Source: Mayamaea pseudoterrestris (taxonomy: Eukaryota). Taken from it: a stretch of DNA of 64,000 bases. Of this stretch, positions 59,444-64,000 are shown one piece after another. Below the pieces are notes generated by a model that worked only from the letters and a program-made list of their open reading frames with translations, was not told where the DNA came from and did not search any database. Position 1 is the stretch's first letter. Each line of letters begins with the position of its first letter. A program made the translations under genes and the position numbers. The stretch is taken from positions 310,001 to 374,000 of the forward strand of contig BROI01000006.1 of assembly GCA_027923505.1 (NCBI GenBank), written 5' to 3'.

Positions 59444-60484
59444 ATGACTCTTCCCAAAATAGGAACTGGGCGTAATAATGTCATCCTTTTACTGTGTGCA
59501 CTCTGCATGACGCTTCTGTATTGCATGGGAACATTCAGCAGTGCGAACGGTGACTTTCTGAAAACGATTGCGCAAAAGGACGTTCGATTGACTGCCGCCA
59601 AGGCTCTGCAAATGCCTCCTCAAAACTTTCGCATCATCAAAGGCGCGGACCAGCTAGTGACATCTTCTTCAACGGTGGTCACTGGCTACTTCTACACGGC
59701 ATCCAAACATTCAACTGACGAGTACACAAAGTGGATGACGAACATGCTCAGCACGCTAGATCCAGTCGTGGTCTTTACGGAGACTGTTTTGGTTGACAAG
59801 GTTTTATTGCTTCGACAACACGCACTCAATGCCACTGTCATTATTGAAACAACGTTGCAGGATCTGCCCATTTCAAAAATTCGTTCCGATCGCTTCAACT
59901 CCTCGCAACTGTTTTGGCAAAACGAGCTTGACGTTGACCCGGAAAAGCACATACACAAATCCTATCAGCTTTTTTGGATATGGCTTTCAAAGTCGTGGTG
60001 GGTCAATACAGCAATCCAGTACAACTTTTTCAGTTCCAACTTTTACATGTACACAGACATTGGATGTTACAGAGATGGTCACTACAATGGTGAACGGATT
60101 GTTCAGCACGAGGATGTTGTACCAGAAGGAGCAACTTTGTGGGCCGCGCATCAAACGGTACGGCAGCCACCAACGCGGTTGTGGCATGAGAAGCTTGGTG
60201 CAGATCAATTTTTCTACCACTCGGGCTCACAAGGCGCTGGCACATCAGCGGCTTGGAAAAACTATCATCGGGTCTTTAGTGAGACGATAGATGCATTCAT
60301 TGAGCGCGGGTGGTTCATTGGTGAAGATCAAATGCTGCTACAAAGTGCGTGCCAATTGGAACCAATGCTGTGTGCATATGCGCCAGGGAATCAAATCGAT
60401 GATATCAACTACTTTGCTGTGCGACATGTGTTACACTATGGAACTGATGTGGAGCTGATAAGGCTAAATGCTACTGCTGGGTAA
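59444..60484 (+). CDS. HtrL/YibB-like type II membrane protein (putative glycosyltransferase-like)
   Basis: N-terminal TM anchor; TVVTGYF..SKHS..EY..WM.N.L, Y..IWLSK, F.S.F.M.TDIGC.R and FIGEDQ. Confidence 0.65.
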   Translation: MTLPKIGTGRNNVILLLCALCMTLLYCMGTFSSANGDFLKTIAQKDVRLTAAKALQMPPQNFRIIKGADQLVTSSSTVVTGYFYTASKHSTDEYTKWMTNMLSTLDPVVVFTETVLVDKVLLLRQHALNATVIIETTLQDLPISKIRSDRFNSSQLFWQNELDVDPEKHIHKSYQLFWIWLSKSWWVNTAIQYNFFSSNFYMYTDIGCYRDGHYNGERIVQHEDVVPEGATLWAAHQTVRQPPTRLWHEKLGADQFFYHSGSQGAGTSAAWKNYHRVFSETIDAFIERGWFIGEDQMLLQSACQLEPMLCAYAPGNQIDDINYFAVRHVLHYGTDVELIRLNATAG

Positions 60485-60982
60485 TTGTAACGCAATGGTG
60501 GAGCTACAGAAGTATGGTTAGCTTCGCGAGCTTTAGATGCCATGGCTGTTTTGTATGCCTCTATATTGCCATGCAGCACATTGTTGCGCGTGTGACTCTT
60601 TCTTGCTTTGGAAATATGACTTTAAACATTCCGTAGCAACTTTAGCAGAACTATTGGTATTGCGTTAGGATACTGAAAGTACATAGGTTTTCCAAAGCTG
60701 GGACAGTTAGCCCAGTTAGGTCCTTCTCCAATTTATAAAGGCAGATGTGCCGCGTGCAGTAAAGTGTCCTGGCTTTGCTATACTCTAATTATTGTCACAC
60801 TACTGTCCATCATTGCCACTGCCTTTATGGCGCTGGCAGAGACGACCTGAAAGCAAGTGATACAATTGTTCGATTACTGTTTTCACATCGCTTTTCTCTA
60901 CCACCGGCACAAAGTAGTATTATGGTTGTGTAGTTGTATCACGGTACATAATCTAAAACATTTTCATTTAACTCTAATGCAC

Positions 60983-61066
60983 GCAAGTATGCCCGAGTGG
61001 TCTAAGGGGGTGCACTTAAGATGCACTATTCGTCAGAATGCGAGGGTTCAAACCCCTCTGCTTGCA
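60983..61066 (+). tRNA. tRNA-Leu(TAA)
   Basis: Acceptor GCAAGTA/TGCTTGC, anticodon arm GTGCA-CTTAAGA-TGCAC, long variable arm, T arm GAGGG-TTCAAAC-CCCTC and downstream T-runs. Confidence 0.95.
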
Positions 61067-61331
61067 TTTTATTTTTTGCTTGCCGGAAGCATTGTCTATT
61101 TTATACAACATGCTGCAATTGTAGACGTAGCGGTAAATTGCATCTCTCAACGATGCAATGCTATAAAAGCCGTTCCTTCTCTGCTCCACGTAAACGTCAC
61201 AAAGCCGCACCGTTGACCGGTCGGATGCTTTCAAAGCGTTCGCTGGTTTACATGTAAATTCATTCGCTTCCAACTCAACATGTTGCAGAGTTTCACAGTC
61301 CTTGCTATCAGCGAGCACTGTTTCGAAGGAA

Positions 61332-63251
61332 ATGGCGACCAGTAAAGAGTTACGACCCTACCAGGCTCGCATTGTCGAAAATGTTGGACAGTCCAACGCT
61401 ATTCTCAAAATGCCAACTGGCAGTGGCAAAACCATTGTCGCTGCCGAACTCATTCGACGCTCGCTGGAGAGCTATCCATCCTACAGAATCCTATTTCTTG
61501 TGCCAACCTGTGAGCTCGTATCCCAGCAAAGCAATGTCATTCGAAATTGGGTTAGCACTGCCGTTGTTGCGGGATTCACAGGTGGCATGGCTGACCCAGA
61601 AGTTTCCGATTTTCACGTGCTAGTCGCCACGCCTGCTGCGTACTTGTCGCTCAAGGTCCGCAAGGAGTATCCATGGGGCTGGTATCGATTAGTGGTGTTT
61701 GACGAAGTCCATCATGTGCTGAAGGAGCATCCGTACCGAACGATTGCTCTCGCTCTCAAAGACCACTGCTGCAGTGAAAAGAATGCCCCAGTGCAAATTT
61801 TGGGATTGTCGGCAAGCTTGACTTATCAAATTGCCGACGAGGCTATTCAAAAGACTTTGGAGCGACTGTGTTACGAACTCGACATTGTCAAGATGGAGTC
61901 ACCGACGCCGCAAGAGTTGAAAGATGGTGGGTACGTTGCTCAAGAACGTGGAGACAATGTTGAACTCGACGTGTCGAGCGACGTGCCCGATGGAGTGCTT
62001 CCGCAGCGACTGCGCCAGCCCCACAATATGCTGGAGTTGTTTCGAAAGCGGATTAAGATGAATGAAACTACGCCGCTTGCAGCCTTGGTGTGGCAAGTTG
62101 TCGTCGCTCTCGAAAGATTTTGCGAATCCGCTTATTCACAGTTTACCTCGCCGCTTCAAACTTCGTCGAGGGTTGGCGAGTGGGAAGAATATGCGCATGG
62201 CCTTGCAATATCTGACTCTGCGTTAGCTGCTGATCACTCGCTATTTTTTCAAAGGCTTGAGGTATGGTATGTTGCTCTCCGCGTCTTGGTGACAACGTGG
62301 GAGGAAGACGAGCAGGTGGTCCTGCAATGGCTGCAAATGAACGACGCTCTCACTGAGTCGACGTATGACAGCGATGATTTGCTGGAATTAATCGCTAATC
62401 TTCGACAACGTGCCAGCAACCAGTACATTTACTTTAAGTGGAACAGACTGAAACATCACTTGGAGGAAAAGAAAAGGCGGTTTGGAGATCATGTTCGTTG
62501 CATTGTTTTTGTTCAGCAGCGCATCACGTCGTATGTATTGGCAAAGATGATAAATGACCACCATTTCGCCCTAGGACTTTGTGCGGGCTTCGTGTCGTCA
62601 CGAGGAAGCAAGATCACCCCGAGCATCAAGGTGTCAAAATCCATGGTTGCCGAAAGCATACAAAAATTTCGCGATGGCCAGTTAAACGTCCTCGTCGCTA
62701 CATCAGTCGTTGAGGAAGGCATAGACATTCCTGAAGCCAATGTTGTGATTCTTTATGATTCCATGAAGGATTCCGTGGAGCTGTGTCAGCGGTTTGGCCG
62801 AGCGAGGGCGCATCAGTCGTCTATCGTTATCTTAGACGAACGCAATGACCGCCCGGTAGTGCTTTTAGAAAGCGTCCGCAATATCCAGGACACGCTTGTT
62901 AACGAGTTTGATCCTGTTACTATCGGTATTAATGTCGCTGAAGAGCGCCTAAGGCAAAAGGGTCGCGAGCAAGGTGGGTATCGGAGTGTTCTATGCCATG
63001 AAAAATGTGTTAAAACGCCTATTCTCGCGCTGAACGAATACAAAGTGAAGACAAAGGCGTACCTAACGGAACAGTGGAGTAATTGCGATTGTCACTTTCG
63101 GTGCAATATGGAGTATAAAAGCATCCTTAGGACCTTGAATGCCACTGGTGAGGGTGCAACTAAGCAGGGAGCGAAGATTCTCTGCGCCGACAACCTTCTC
63201 CGCGAGCTAAAGCGAGTGACAGCAGGCATGGCACAATCAGGTCTTAACTAA
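61332..63251 (+). CDS. Dicer/RIG-I-family DExD/H RNA helicase with a C-terminal dsRBD-like domain
   Basis: LRPYQ, MPTGSGKT, FLVPT..LV.QQ, DEVHH, GLSAS, IVFVQQR, LVATSVVEEGIDIP and QRFGRAR; C-terminal P..ALNEY..F.C..GEG.TKQ.AK..A..LL..L. Confidence 0.85.
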   Translation: MATSKELRPYQARIVENVGQSNAILKMPTGSGKTIVAAELIRRSLESYPSYRILFLVPTCELVSQQSNVIRNWVSTAVVAGFTGGMADPEVSDFHVLVATPAAYLSLKVRKEYPWGWYRLVVFDEVHHVLKEHPYRTIALALKDHCCSEKNAPVQILGLSASLTYQIADEAIQKTLERLCYELDIVKMESPTPQELKDGGYVAQERGDNVELDVSSDVPDGVLPQRLRQPHNMLELFRKRIKMNETTPLAALVWQVVVALERFCESAYSQFTSPLQTSSRVGEWEEYAHGLAISDSALAADHSLFFQRLEVWYVALRVLVTTWEEDEQVVLQWLQMNDALTESTYDSDDLLELIANLRQRASNQYIYFKWNRLKHHLEEKKRRFGDHVRCIVFVQQRITSYVLAKMINDHHFALGLCAGFVSSRGSKITPSIKVSKSMVAESIQKFRDGQLNVLVATSVVEEGIDIPEANVVILYDSMKDSVELCQRFGRARAHQSSIVILDERNDRPVVLLESVRNIQDTLVNEFDPVTIGINVAEERLRQKGREQGGYRSVLCHEKCVKTPILALNEYKVKTKAYLTEQWSNCDCHFRCNMEYKSILRTLNATGEGATKQGAKILCADNLLRELKRVTAGMAQSGLN

Positions 63252-63398
63252 ACGAGTAGGATCTGAAGGCTTTGTTAATGCTCAGTGTTTATATGAATGC
63301 GTTCGTAGTACGCCGTAGCTCCGCTTCCCATGCTCATCCTATGTGCACTCACACATGTGGCGATGTTCCCCTTGCGTATCTTATGTGAACCCAATGAA

Positions 63399-64000
63399 TC
63401 AAACTCTCTGGGCTTCTTCATAGCCCGACATCTCATCTGCTTTAATGTTCTCCAATTGCTTTGTCTTGCTAAGTCCAACCTTTCCCGAAATGTCCCCGCT
63501 CAAAAGAGAATCCTGTCGCTCGCCGCTGCTCGTGACGCGTAAGACTGTAATTGCCGACACATGTACATTTTCCTCCAAGGTAGCAGACAAGTCCAACTGC
63601 TTGCCTGTGTAATCAATGCTCCAAAAGAGAATCTCTCCATGTTCGTGTCCTGTCACCACAGATATCCCATTCTCCATCCACTCTGGGCAATTTGTTGAGA
63701 CAGCACAGGTGGGCAGGCTCGCCTTGTGGTTAACTAGTCTTGCAATCAAATTTCCATTAATGTCGAAAATAGTGACCAGCGAACCGACAAGCGTTACCAC
63801 GTTGCCGTTGCTGTTGTTTATTGAAATGGATATGACCGGATCTTTTGCTTCGCTTATCTCCAGCCTTCGCACGAAAGTGTACGTTCTTAAGTCCCATAAA
63901 AGACAAGAGCCTTCCCCGCAACCGCTTGCAATCATTCCAAACTCCGTAGAAATATCAATGCAGGTGATGTGTGATCCTTCATGTCCGCAAAGCGTGCATT
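63399..64000 (-). CDS. C-terminal WD40 region, probably of a BEACH-domain protein (5' part lies outside the window)
   Basis: TLCGHEG..ITCIDIS.EFG.IASG..SCLLWDL, VTGH..GEI.FW and LLSGD.SG. Confidence 0.7.
   Translation of the reverse strand, partial: CTLCGHEGSHITCIDISTEFGMIASGCGEGSCLLWDLRTYTFVRRLEISEAKDPVISISINNSNGNVVTLVGSLVTIFDINGNLIARLVNHKASLPTCAVSTNCPEWMENGISVVTGHEHGEILFWSIDYTGKQLDLSATLEENVHVSAITVLRVTSSGERQDSLLSGDISGKVGLSKTKQLENIKADEMSGYEEAQRV

Noticed and set aside
61302..63251. Full-length Dicer or a canonical RIG-I/MDA5
   Set aside because: No PAZ, RNase III or CARD domains, and the gene is bounded by a tRNA and a convergent gene.

Overview
This is eukaryotic nuclear DNA, almost certainly from a diatom: compact genes with short GT-AG introns, bipartite 'A-FAP/A-FLP' plastid presequences and CoDi-type copia elements. 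Two gene-dense flanks surround a gene-free repeat island of about 31 kb (about 15.0-46.0 kb). The left flank (1-15.0 kb) has Fd-GOGAT, cyclophilin H, an organellar PolA with two SAP motifs and Hip/ST13. The right flank (46.0-64 kb) has a BFR1-like gene, Maf, a PPR protein, the ADP/ATP carrier, a PH protein, an Omp85-like gene, an HtrL-like gene, tRNA-Leu, a Dicer/RIG-I-type helicase with a dsRBD, and a BEACH-type WD40 end. The island holds a ~173-bp satellite, a 371-bp dimeric (188+183) satellite array, a TA-flanked MITE, an intact copia with a chromodomain-like module, nested copia fragments, a deleted PIF/Harbinger, tyrosine-recombinase and LINE relics, and a kinase pseudogene. The most notable item is a 676-bp non-coding mini LTR element (TRIM) whose two identical LTRs each carry an 82-nt tRNA-like Pol III unit. 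Also notable are a primer-binding site shared by two copia families that matches a tRNA-Asn anticodon arm, non-canonical LTR termini, a possible centromere, and the stand-alone helicase-dsRBD gene. All calls were read by eye; no database searches were run.
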